A stretch of 63,673 bases of DNA, the filler included, from Octopus bimaculoides (Eukaryota): the NCBI RefSeq assembly GCF_001194135.2. It is 5 parts of 3 records of this genome, joined end to end, with 100 filler letters (N's around TTAATTAATTAA, not from the genome) between each part and the next. Parts side by side here need not be neighbours in the genome. Positions count along the whole stretch, not along the records: positions 31,773 to 53,462 come from NC_069000.1; positions 53,563 to 61,683 come from NC_068981.1; positions 61,784 to 63,673 come from NC_069000.1; 2 more parts are not named here. The stretch is one strand, 5' to 3'. The first letter of the stretch is position 1. Each line of letters starts with the position of its first letter. A program made the position numbers and the translations under genes. This document shows positions 51,428 to 63,179 of the stretch, piece by piece. The notes beneath the pieces were generated by a model that was given only the letters and a program-made list of their open reading frames with translations, searched no databases and was not told the origin of the DNA.

Positions 51428-52703
51428 ATTACAAATAATAACACAAGCACTTATACAGAAACACACACACACATACATATCTATCTCCAACACAGAGCAA
51501 CAGTAGTCAAAAACCAGAGTGCCATGACAGTATGGAAGACCGTTGGTTGTTTACATAGGACTGTCAATCAGTAATCATTGGTGTTTGTTTATCTTTCTGA
51601 CACACTAATTTACTTTCGGCTCATCTATTGCCTTCTAGCCTGTCGACTCGAGATTGTTTACTAACATACTATTCTCACCACACAGCAACCATCTTGTTTG
51701 CCCTTCCACCTTCTCAATTCACTCACTGACTCACTTCTTGACTACGTGGTCTCCTCAAATAGACAGCCAACTTTTACGCGTTCTTTATGCATATATATAT
51801 ATATATATATATATATANNNNNNNNNNNNNNNNNNNNNNNNNNNNNNNNNNNNNNNNNNNNNNNNNNNNNNNNNNNNNNNNNNNNNNNNNNNNNNNNNNN
51901 NNNNNNNNNNNNNNNNNNNNNNNNNNNNNNNNNNNNNNNNNNNNNNNNNNNNNNNNNNNNNNNNNNNNNNNNNNNNNNNNNNNNNNNNNNNNNNNNNNNN
52001 NNNNNNNNNNNNNNNNNNNNNNNNNNNNNNNNNNNNNNNNNNNNNNNNNNNNNNNNNNNNNNNNNNNNNNNNNNNNNNNNNNNNNNNNNNNNNNNNNNNN
52101 NNNNNNNNNNNNNNNNNNNNNNNNNNNNNNNNNNNNNNNNNNNNNNNNNNNNNNNNNNNNNNNNNNNNNNNNNNNNNNNNNNNNNNNNNNNNNNNNNNNN
52201 NNNNNNNNNNNNNNNNNNNNNNNNNNNNNNNNNNNNNNNNNNNNNNNNNNNNNNNNNNNNNNNNNNNNNNNNNNNNNNNNNNNNNNNNNNNNNNNNNNNN
52301 NNNNNNNNNNNNNNNNNNNNNNNNNNNNNNNNNNNNNNNNNNNNNNNNNNNNNNNNNNNNNNNNNNNNNNNNNNNNNNNNNNNNNNNNNNNNNNNNNNNN
52401 NNNNNNNNNNNNNNNNNNNNNNNNNNNNNNNNNNNNNNNNNNNNNNNNNNNNNNNNNNNNNNNNNNNNNNNNNNNNNNNNNNNNNNNNNNNNNNNNNNNN
52501 NNNNNNNNNNNNNNNNNNNNNNNNNNNNNNNNNNNNNNNNNNNNNNNNNNNNNNNNNNNNNNNNNNNNNNNNNNNNNNNNNNNNNNNNNNNNNNNNNNNN
52601 NNNNNNNNNNNNNNNNNNNNNNNNNNNNNNNNNNNNNNNNNNNNNNNNNNNNNNNNNNNNNNNNNNNNNNNNNNNNNNNNNNNNNNNNNNNNNNNNNNNN
52701 NNN

Positions 52704-52738
<35 letters not shown>

Positions 52739-53261
52739 TACGTATATATAGACATACACAGATACACACTTATATATATATATACACACACATCTGTGTA
52801 CATATCAGTCCATCCATACATCCATCCATACATACATTCAAACATACATACATACACACTCACACATATACATCCACAGACATATATGTCTAGATGAGTC
52901 TGTCTGTCGCGAGAAGTGCTGTAAGAGATGCTTTTAAATACGACCAGATGATAGATTTGTAAACATGCCAGAGTCTCTCCAACAACAAAATTTTCATTTT
53001 TCAAAGAAACCAAACCTCAGCATGATATCTTAAAATAGCAGCAACTCAATCGAAGACCTTTCGGACAGACTACTAATTATTCCACTCTTAAGACCTTACC
53101 TATATGCATTCCTTCCTTCCTTCCTTCCTCCCTTCTTTCTTTCTTTCTTTATTTCTTTCTTTCTTTCTTTCTTTCTTTCTTTCATCTCTTTTTTTTCCAG
53201 GATAATTCTAAACACCACAGCTAAAATTATTGAGAGACTTTGTTGTGAAAATAAGCAAACC

Positions 53262-53562
53262 ACAAAGGCAGCTGTGGCTGCGTGGTAAGTAGCTTGCATC
53301 CCAACAACATGATCCCAATTTCAGTCCCACTGCATGGCACCTTGGGCAAGTGTCTTCTGCTATAGCCCTCGGGCCAACAAAAGCCTTGTAAACAGATTTG
53401 GTAGCTATGTATATATAGTAGCTGTAAACTAAAAAAGTGTGTGTGTATATATATACATATATNNNNNNNNNNNNNNNNNNNNNNNNNNNNNNNNNNNNNN
53501 NNNNNNTTAATTAATTAANNNNNNNNNNNNNNNNNNNNNNNNNNNNNNNNNNNNNNNNNNNN

Positions 53563-53623
<61 letters not shown>

Positions 53624-53815
53624 TGTCTTGTTTTTATCACCACCACCGCTTGATAACCGTTTGTTTACGTATCCATAACTTAGCGGTTTGGCCATAGAGA
53701 TCGAAAGAATAAATACCAGACCTTAAAAGCCATAAATACTGGGATCAATCTGGTCGACTAAAACCTTTCAAGTTAGTGCCCCAGCATGGCTGCAGTCCAG
53801 TGGCTGAAACAAGTT
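53262..53815 (+). mobile_element. Family A SINE head (53262-53405) and tail (53620-53815) on either side of a scaffold gap
   Basis: Family A motifs; the two halves may or may not be one insertion. Confidence 0.75.
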
Positions 53816-54459
53816 AGCGGTTAAGATGTAAAAGTGAAAATACGTCTCAAAATTATAAATAAGATTAAAATACCAAGAATTTATAAGAAAAACTGTATGT
53901 TAGTGAATGAGCTGACATTTTGATAAATGGAAACATGACCTTTAGATACACTCCTCTCTGGAAAGTTCACAGACACAAACAGGTAGCATTTCTTTGTAAA
54001 CTCGCTAAGCCATTGTGTAAATAGCTCAACAGCCTCACACACAAGGAGCCAATTTTTTGAAGCACAACTGGCGTTTTTACCTTTTTATATCCACTCACAT
54101 AGGCACAGAAAATCCCTTTACACCCGCTATTTTATTCTTTATCGCTTAAATTCACTTGCACATTTCATAACTGTAATTTTAATCTAAATTTTCATTTTAA
54201 TTTTATATTTAATCCAGTTGTATTTCTGTTCCACATCATTTGAATTCTTAATAACCTCTACATTGTCTCCAGTTATATACAAAACCATACCCTCACACCA
54301 TTTATATATCGCTTGCTTGAAAATGGATATTTGTATAAACAGATATGCAAAAGACTGTTTAAGGATATAATATATGCGCAAATGTGTAGACGCGTGTATA
54401 TGTATATAAATAATTTCTATGTATACGTACATACATAAGAGCTTAACACCTTTATATCT

Positions 54460-54800
54460 TTAAACAATAATCAAAGACGCAGAAACTTATTGAGGAATTA
54501 CTCTGAGATTTCGGATTCCGCTTTAGTCACCAATCTGACTAATCTTTTTCTTTTATATCATATTAGCACAAGCGTTTCTAAACTAAGAGGTGATCTTTAC
54601 AGAGATGACTCTCTTTCCATAACTACCGCCGGGTATTCCAAACTCAGTTATGGAAAGAGAATCGTCTCTGTAAAGATCACCTCCTAATTTAGAAAGCTCT
54701 CCATAAATTCTTTAACAAGTAAAACCTTTCTATCTCAATCGCAAATAGTGCTAGACTTTACTCTAGACATTTTAGATCATAATAAAATCATAAATAGCCA
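54460..54800 (+). pseudogene. Penelope-like element RT fragment (GLYRDD-type) with an internal inverted duplication
   Basis: IIKDA.., DSALVTNLTNLFLLYHIS, RGDLYRDDSLSI (YRDD at 54598-54609), then KALHKFFNK*NLSISI and LDFTLDI. Confidence 0.7.
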
Positions 54801-55945
54801 ATTTTTATGTTAAGTATAATATTAAAAAGAATAGTGGCTTACGTAGCAATAGTTATAATCGCAATAATGATTATAACTAATTGCCAATAATGATAGCAGT
54901 AATAATGATATCATAAATAATATGACTGATAATAATTTTATTTATAACAATTTTAATGAGGCACATAGTGTATAGTGCGTTAGTCAGAGATAAGACTGCA
55001 TGAAACTTCAGAATACCAAGTAGTTCTTTGTGTGGCTACTGACTACGCAATAATGTTGTGTGTAAGTGTATATTGTTAACACGATACACTCCAATTCGAC
55101 CAAAATTTACATTGGCCCAACGAGCGACTGTAAACTCTAATACTTCGCACATATTAATTCTGTCTCAGGCACTAAAAAAATACAGAAATGCGGAACCTGA
55201 GAAGCCGATTAGCATGTAATTTATATTAGCAAGAATCTCTAGATATATTACGTGAGAACGAAAAAACCTTAATAGGTTCTCTGATGTAACTACCTTCTGT
55301 CACCGCTGCTATTACAAAACTATCTCATATTTCCACAAATCATTATGCTCTAACCGAACAAGATATGTCTTTGTGTTCAACTCCCAACCATTCTGCCGTC
55401 TTTCTATTACCACAAAACCACTCGTCTACTGAACATCGTTTCGGGCTCGATTATTTTGCTCCCTATACATAGTTACATCCCTTTGACAACACCGCCTAAT
55501 CTCGAACTTTATATTCTTTCATGTTACACTTAGGTCTGTCCTTTTTCTTGAGGAAAGTCTCATGCATTACACACTCACACTTGATCCTTTTCTTTTTCCT
55601 GCACTTAGTAGTTCACCGTTAATCTCCTACCTCGCTTTCCCTTTCCTTATATGTGATACATATACTTGATGCAACCACCACTATTACACAATGCTTGTCT
55701 CTATATTTTGATGGAGTTTGTTTTTCTTTCTTATCCTTTTTTGTCTGGTATGCTTAATATTGTTCCCTTGAACTAGTCTGCCTTCCCATACCACTCATTG
55801 TTAGGCTATATAGTCGTTGTTTATAGCTTCAAGACGCTTCAGTCTTTACGTATCTTTATAGCAGAAACCAAAATTGAAGTTTGCAAATCACACCCTAAAC
55901 ACTTCTGATGTAAGTGAATATATATGTGTGCGTGTGATATATGGT

Positions 55946-56309
55946 TGTTGGCACTCCGTCGGTTACGACGACGAGGGTTCCAGTTGATCCGATCAACGGA
56001 ACAGCCTGCTCGTGAAATTAACGTGCAAGTGGCTGAGCACTCCACAGACACGTGTACCCTTAACGTAGTTCTCGGGGATATTCAGCGTGACACAGAGTGT
56101 GACAAGGCTGGCCTTTTGAAATACAGGTACAACAGAAACAGGAAGTAAGAGTGAGAGAAAGTTATGGTGAAAGAGTACAGCAGAGTTCGCCACAACCCCC
56201 CTGCCGGAGCCTCGTGGAACTTTAGGTGTTTTCGCTCAGTAAGCACTCACAACGCCGATCCTATGACCGCGAGTCCGCTGCCCTAACCACTGGGCCATTG
56301 CGCCTCCAC
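55946..56309 (-). mobile_element. SINE family D, full length, young
   Basis: Intact A and B boxes on the minus strand; ATGGT flanks at 55941-45 and 56310-14. Confidence 0.92.
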
Positions 56310-56547
56310 ATGGTAAATGTCTATAGATATATGGGAAATATTTCTTTTACCAAATAGGCCTTCCCCCGCTATAGCAAAACCCTTAAATGACTGATGATCT
56401 ACTGCTTTCTTCTTCTCTTTTTTTCTATCTATTCTTACCTTTTTGAATTTGCTAANNNNNNNNNNNNNNNNNNNNNNNNNNNNNNNNNNNNNNNNNNNNN
56501 NNNNNNNNNNNNNNNNNNNNNNNNNNNNNNNNNNNNNNNNNNNNNNN

Positions 56548-56599
<52 letters not shown>

Positions 56600-56707
56600 A
56601 TATGTTTGAGCATTTATAGACTATAATTCAATAAGAATGGCACATATTCGTATATGTAATTTTATATGTACTTATAGAAAAGGATAAAGACCTTTTCCAA
56701 GTGACAT

Positions 56708-56924
56708 AGACTCATAAGGCCAGGTTCCCTGCTTCCGTGACGTATATTGTCCTACTGGACGGGACGCTGGTCCATCTCAGGATTACTCACCTTTGCTAGC
56801 ACTGGAGGAACGTGAAATGAAGTATTTTGCTCAAGACCACAACGCGACACCCGGTCTAGGAATCGAAACCACAACCTTACGATCATGAGTCTAACGCCCT
56901 AACCACTAAACCACGCGCCTCCAC
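56708..56924 (-). mobile_element. tRNA-derived SINE with a D-like head and a MetaSINE-like central domain
   Basis: Minus: GTGGAGGCGCGTGGTTTAGTGGTTAGGG..GGTTTCGATTCC..ATGGACCAGCGTCCCGTCCAG..ACGGAAGCAGGGAACCTGGCCTTATGAG. The Meta assignment is from recall and unverified. Confidence 0.7.
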
Positions 56925-56934
56925 ATTATATACT

Positions 56935-58763
56935 TATATGCTTGTATATTTTACAGGTTTCGACAATTTTTGTCTTATCATTGGTTTAAGAAAAAAATGT
57001 CTGAGAGAGATTGAAGATTGAAAATACAAGAGAATATTCGCTAAATCATACTTAAAAAATTAAATCTTCATACAAATTTCAATATTCAATAAATTTCACA
57101 GTAATAGAAAATAATAAATGAACGTTCGATGAATTTCATCACAGTCATACATGACTGAGATTTTAGTAGTTTCCAAAGCAATAAGTCATATTAAAAATTA
57201 GATACGACGAAGTTCTAAAAAACTAAAAGAAATAGATGGAAAAAAACCGGTATTTTTTAACTATTTCTGTCGTAATACATGGAGGAAATTTCTTCGTTGC
57301 TGGATTTGCTGGTGAGAACTTGAATTGTTTAAAGCTGAAATTGCTTTGTATGTACAAGTTTATACGATGAATATTTAAGTTCTGATTGACTATAAACTCA
57401 ATGACGTCATTGTTTTTGTGTTTTGGTTTGCTGACGTCACTTGTTTTTCGGATGTTCTTGTCATATATCTTAGTTTGGCAATAGTCCAGCGTTCTAATTA
57501 GTTGACTTCTAGGTGACGTCATTTGTTTATCAAGTGTTGATTATTTGCTTTTGATCAACAGTAATCCATTGCTCTGGTTGAATGATTTTCTGCATGCGTC
57601 ATTTATTTGTCAAATGTTTTGTCAACTTGTATTGTCTGACAGTCATCCGGTGTTCCGGTTGGTTGATACCTTTAAGATGTCACTTGTCTTGGTTAGCTGA
57701 ATCTTTATTTCTTCTTTTCCTGAGACCCGGTTTTGACGAGAAAAATATCTAATTAGTTAAACTTAGAGTTGAGAAAGGGAAAGGTACAGTAGTTTGAAGT
57801 TAGAGTTTCGAATCCCTGAAGGAGCCTGTTATGTCAGTTTTTTTATTTAATTTTGTTGTTTCTAATCGTTCTAGTTGGTCCAATAAAATGGGTTTTCACA
57901 TTCCAGTGGATCGTTATAGAGTATTTACCTGTGGTTTATATTTCTTAATGTACTTTCCTTATTTAACTGGAATTGTGCTGAAGTGCTTCCAATGCATTGA
58001 TATAGAGGGGAAATTTGGTATTTTGGATGTTTGTTCGTGGGGCACAGATCTAGATGTTTACACAAAGGAACTTTCCTCGTCGTGCAGTCTTGAATCTGTT
58101 GCCTCTGTACCATCATTCAGTCCCTCACAGCCAAGCTCGTGTGTCACCCCGCATTTGATAACATATATTAAATCCCTCAATACACGGGTGAAATAATTTT
58201 TTTATGGTGAGTGTTTGCTCTGACTTGAATTCATATGGCAAACTTACTATAAGACGGTTACATGTTTTGACTATTGGGGTTGTATTTTTGGAGGGTAATT
58301 TGGCGCTAGTAAGTAGCCTTTTGTCTTTTGCTTTATTTATTTTGAGTGTTTTCGTTCGCAGGTCAAGCATCCAAAGAGGTATATTCTGACGGATGATGTT
58401 GTATTCCTTGGTTTGTGTGCTGATACATAAGGTAAAACGTTGAGTGCATCAGGGGCTGTTTTCTTGTTTTTCGTAATCCTTAGATGTCAATAGTTTTCTA
58501 TTCCGCTATTGATTAAATTGACCGGGTATTGTCTTTCAAGTAGCATATTTTATAAGTTCTTGGAGTCGTTTTCCCGGGTTTCAGGATTGAATACAATTGT
58601 GCAATTTCTTTCTTGCCAGGTTAAAAGATATATCGATTTTTGTATGTTTTAGATGGTAGGAAGAAAATAACAGATATTGTTTTGAGTCTGTTGATTTAAA
58701 GTAGATATCGGTTTCAATCTTAATATTTCTTTTTATGATCAGCATGTCCAAATAGGATAATTG
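56935..58763 (-). mobile_element. 5'-truncated Penelope-like element: RT C-terminus, GIY-YIG endonuclease and 3' region
   Basis: LSYLDMLIIKRNIKIETDIYFKSTDSKQYLLFSSYHLKHTKIDISFNLARK (58763-58610); RDLIYVIKCG (~58177-58148); VQRQQIQDCTTRKVPLCKHLDLC..YQISPLYQC; decayed HHR at 56940-56990. Confidence 0.88.
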
Positions 58764-59962
58764 TTTTTTACTATATTACATTGGGATGTAGTTATATGTA
58801 TGTGTGTGCGCGCATGCATGAGCTTATTCATATGTATGCGGATATATTTAACTCTATACTTTGGGGTAAGATTAACCAGTGTATATAAAAGCCAGTTCAT
58901 ACAATAATGTGTCATTTTGTTAATAATTGCGTGTAGTGTTGTTTTTCAGACACATTCTCACTTTACACTATATAGCTTTATATTTCAGTTATGTCCCTTC
59001 ATAGAACTTGAAATAAATTTGTCTTCTTCCAAGTACTAAATTGTCACCTCCTAATTCAAAGATTACTCAGATTTTCGTTATTTAGAAGACATTTTAATAT
59101 ATTCAATTTATCGTACACACTCATAAAATTAATTTTATTCGTCCACATGGGAATGCGTAATTTGATTAGCTACTTTCACTTCATAATGTCATTAAAATAC
59201 CAACTGAACTACAGACAACTTTTCGCTCTTGTTCAATGGCTAACACTATTTTTCCTATTTTGTCCTAATTTGCTTTCATTCCATTTCGTCCACAGTAGAC
59301 TCTACTAATTTAATAATCTTCCTGCTACTTTTAGTATTTCAGCAACTTAAGTTTTTATTAACTCACCACTTAACAATATAATAACTTTGTTTAACTTAAC
59401 TAAATATTATATATAACCAATAAATTCACTTACACTTTTTTGCCGCCAAAAACTTCCTTATTTTTCATCAGGTCAAACATTCTATAGAAATAATGTACAT
59501 TTATGTAAGTTTAGGATATTTCAATACATTAAACTTAAAACCACAGTATTTCTTTGTAAATCTGAATCATGATTAGCGTTCATCCAAATACAAAATATAA
59601 TAATCTTACATTCAAACTATTTTCTACTTAAATTTAAGTCCATAACAGATACATGTACCCTTGGGCTTTATCGAAACATGTAATTAAATGATATTTTCAA
59701 AATTTGCTCCACCTCAATGATGAACTTTCTTTCACTTTCTCCCTGTCTTTTCTTCTTTCTTTTCTGCCTAACTTATTTCTCTATCCACATATGTTAGCTA
59801 TTTAATGATACATTTTTTTCTACGACTTCTCAAATGTTCCACTATCAATAAAAAAATTCCTGATTTTGAAATTTACTTACAAATAAATAGAGATATCCAA
59901 GAATCTAATTTGTAACTACCTTTGTTCCTACAAACACGTTCTTTCTAATGTATGTATATTCT

Positions 59963-60128
59963 GTGGTAAGAAGCTTGCTTCCCAATCACATGGTTCCGGG
60001 TTCAATCCCACTGCGTGGTACCTTGAGCAAGTGTCTTCTGCTATAGCCTCGTGCCGACCAAAACCTCCTGAGTGGATTCGGTAGACGGAAAGTGAAAGAA
60101 GCCCGTCGTATATATATATATATATATG

Positions 60129-60182
<54 letters not shown>

Positions 60183-60385
60183 TGTGTGTCTGTTTGTCCC
60201 CACGACCACCATCGTTTGACAACCGATGTTGGTGTGTTCACGTAGCCGTGACTTAGCGGTACGGCAAAAGAGATGATAGAATAAGTACTGGGCTTACAAA
60301 GAATAAGTCCTGAGGTTGATTTGTTCGACAAAAGGCGGTGCTCTATCATGGCCGCAGTCAAATGACTGAAACAAGTAAAACAATA
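59963..60385 (+). mobile_element. SINE family A
   Basis: Head to tail with internal (TA)(GT) repeat. Confidence 0.9.
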
Positions 60386-60892
60386 ACTGAAAAAAAGAAA
60401 ATATATATGCACACACACATATATATATGCGTGTTTATATATATANNNNNNNNNNNNNNNNNNNNNNNNNNNNNNNNNNNNNNNNNNNNNNNNNNNNNNN
60501 NNNNNNNNNNNNNNNNNNNNNNNNNNNNNNNNNNNNNNNNNNNNNNNNNNNNNNNNNNNNNNNNNNNNNNNNNNNNNNNNNNNNNNNNNNNNNNNNNNNN
60601 NNNNNNNNNNNNNNNNNNNNNNNNNNNNNNNNNNNNNNNNNNNNNNNNNNNNNNNNNNNNNNNNNNNNNNNNNNNNNNNNNNNNNNNNNNNNNNNNNNNN
60701 NNATAGACGGTTTAGATATAGATTCAAGGCTTGAATATGGTACTTATGCGAAGGCACCCGAATTTCACATCCCAAAAGCCTGATAGACCCTGCTATGTCA
60801 AGATGGACTTATATATTCTTCCTCTGCTCTCTCCCACTTGGTTTTAATATGTTGCCACATTTGTAATATGTCTTTTTTTCTACATTTTTTCG

Positions 60893-60981
60893 TGCAGCTG
60901 AAGATTGCTCTTCATATTGCATTTAAGGTAATGCTCACATTACTTAAATAAATTGAAGTAGCATGAAACGTGCGTACTGCA
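60893..60981 (+). ncRNA. Type I hammerhead ribozyme with a long stem II, near intact
   Basis: Stem I TGCAG(60893-97)/CTGCA(60977-81); CTGAAGA(60898-904); stem II TGCT/AGCA, CTTCA/TGAAG, ATTTAAG-GTAATG/CATTAC-TTAAAT; GAAA(60965-68); stem III ACGTGCGT; GUA triplet. The 10.1-11.1 position is a U.U mismatch. Confidence 0.75.
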
Positions 60982-61017
60982 ATCACTTTTGAAATCCGTG
61001 TTGCTTATTATTTGATA

Positions 61018-61049
<32 letters not shown>

Positions 61050-61075
61050 CAAACATACATACATACATACATACA

Positions 61076-61107
<32 letters not shown>

Positions 61108-61124
61108 CATATAATTGTATATAT

Positions 61125-61310
61125 ACATCCGACATCCGACAAGACGAAGCATGCAAGATTGCACTGAGTAAACATCTAGAAATATGTGGGGAAGGAAAAT
61201 TCAAGATCTTCCCCTTCTACAAATGTTCAAGGGATGACCCAAAGTTTCAAAAAGCAATAGAACTGCATTTTATCAAAACATTTTTACCAAAACTCGACGT
61301 TTCGAAAGAA
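61125..61310 (+). pseudogene. Penelope-like GIY-YIG endonuclease C-terminal fragment
   Basis: [46 protein letters not shown], homologous to the 57930-58110 segment. Confidence 0.8.
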
Positions 61311-61616
61311 AAGCGAAGATATTATGCATGAATACTCTTTCAAATGGAACAAATTGTGAACGCTACGTAGTTAGCTCATACAGGCACTGTACCCAACTAA
61401 CGCTCCCGGAAAATACGACTGGAGAGAACTAATGCGTGTACTTGAATACTCTAGTTTGGCCCTCTCCAGACATATCATTGGAGTGAAAGTTGTACTTACT
61501 TAAGTATCACTTTTTCAGTCTTCAAAATGTAATGTGTATATCTACAAACGTGTTCATAAGTATATGATAAGGGAAGGAAGGAAGGAAGGAAGGAAGGAAG
61601 GAAGGAAGGAAGAAAA

Positions 61617-61683
<67 letters not shown>

Positions 61684-61879
61684 NNNNNNNNNNNNNNNNN
61701 NNNNNNNNNNNNNNNNNNNNNNNNNNNTTAATTAATTAANNNNNNNNNNNNNNNNNNNNNNNNNNNNNNNNNNNNNNNNNNNNCTTTAATTCTAACTTAA
61801 GCACTAATGATTTCCGCTTAATAGCTCCGTAGTTTTGCATATCAGAATTTGAATTGCTACCATTCCTGCCGTGCTCTGC

Positions 61880-62400
61880 AGAAATTTCCAAAGTTCTTAC
61901 AGTGTTTTACCTCTAAGAACTTTGGGAAATGCAACAAATTTTTGCACTGCTTCAAATGTAAGAATTTTGGCAAAAGCCAGAAGTTCTTACAATTTTTTAG
62001 CAACAGGAACTCAGAAATCTCGGCAATTTCTTGGAATGCTATACCAGCAAGAACTTTCGGGAAGGCCTCAAGTTATTGCAGAGTTTCGCCTGTAAGAACT
62101 TCTGGAGTATGTCACAATTCCTTGCAGTGTTTCAACTTTAGGAACTTGGAACATTTCTGTAAGTTCTTGTAATGTTCCAACTGCAAGAATTTTGTGAAAT
62201 TCCACAAGTTGTTGCACCGGTAAGAACTTAAGACAACGTCAAGTTCCTGAAGAAATAGAACGGCAAAAAAAGAAAAAAAAAGGAAACGGCAGATTTTTGT
62301 AATGTTCGACCAGTCAGACCTCTGGGAAATTTCACAAGTTCTTGTAGAGTTCCATCTGCAAGAACTTTGTGAAATTCCATAAATTCTTGTAGTGTTTCTC
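61880..62400. repeat. Tandem array of ~12 palindromic 45-bp units (AAGTTCTTGCAG-N8-CTGCAAGAACTT-N13)
   Basis: Unit starts at 61891, 61936, 61981, 62025, 62070, 62116, 62161, 62206, 62241, 62291, 62336, 62381. Confidence 0.9.
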
Positions 62401-62939
62401 TTCACTTTATTGTTTTGCTTCTTTTCCTGTTCTTTCCACACGATTTTTGTTGGTGTTGCCACCGTTGATGTTGTTGTTGATGTTCTTGTTCTTGTTTCGA
62501 CTAATTTATTTTCTTTTTGTATTAATTTTATTGTTGCTATTCTTGTTCTTGTTTTCCGAGGACACGGATGATTGAATTCCCCAAAAAGGGTAAACCAAAA
62601 TATCTGTCGATAGCTAATGACTCGTGGAAGCACCATTCCACTGCATGCGAGTCACTAAGGTCCTTGGCAAAGGTATGAACATCTCAACGTCACAGATCCA
62701 ATCACCATCCATCTCTATACAATGTGTGGTGCCGAATCACAAACTGCAAATCCAGCCGCAGTTGACTCTGCTTTTCATCGATCCAGATTCGATATTAGCA
62801 AGTACCAGTCATATACGGCGATCCTTGTGATCTAGTGACCGACTGTATCCTCCTTCTAAACAGCGATAGCCACCGTGATGATGATACAAATTAATGTTTA
62901 ATTTTGCAGTAACATGGAGCAAAATTTTATACACGGCAG

Positions 62940-62992
62940 AGAAAGAAGGAGAGAGAGAGGGGAGAGAGAGGGAAGAGAGAGAGGAAGAAAGA

Positions 62993-63052
<60 letters not shown>

Positions 63053-63062
63053 AAGAGAAAGA
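62940..63062. repeat. (GA)n / purine-rich microsatellite
   Basis: Direct inspection. Confidence 0.92.
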
Positions 63063-63179
63063 GTGGAGGATTCCTTGAAACTATCAAGTCAGAACAAAAC
63101 TTGTTTGAAGGACGTCTTACATAATTAGACGTTAAGGAGTGTGTACACTTATACATACATACATAGGCTCACACGCATC

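Noticed and set aside
59640-59690. GATA/TATC stem followed by GAAACATGTA (palindromic stem III-like)
   Set aside because: The CUGANGA position reads CATAACA, too degenerate to call.
15763-61739. Four exact TTAATTAATTAA 12-mers
   Set aside because: Always centred in 100-bp N blocks, so an assembly spacer. Adjacency across these points is not guaranteed.
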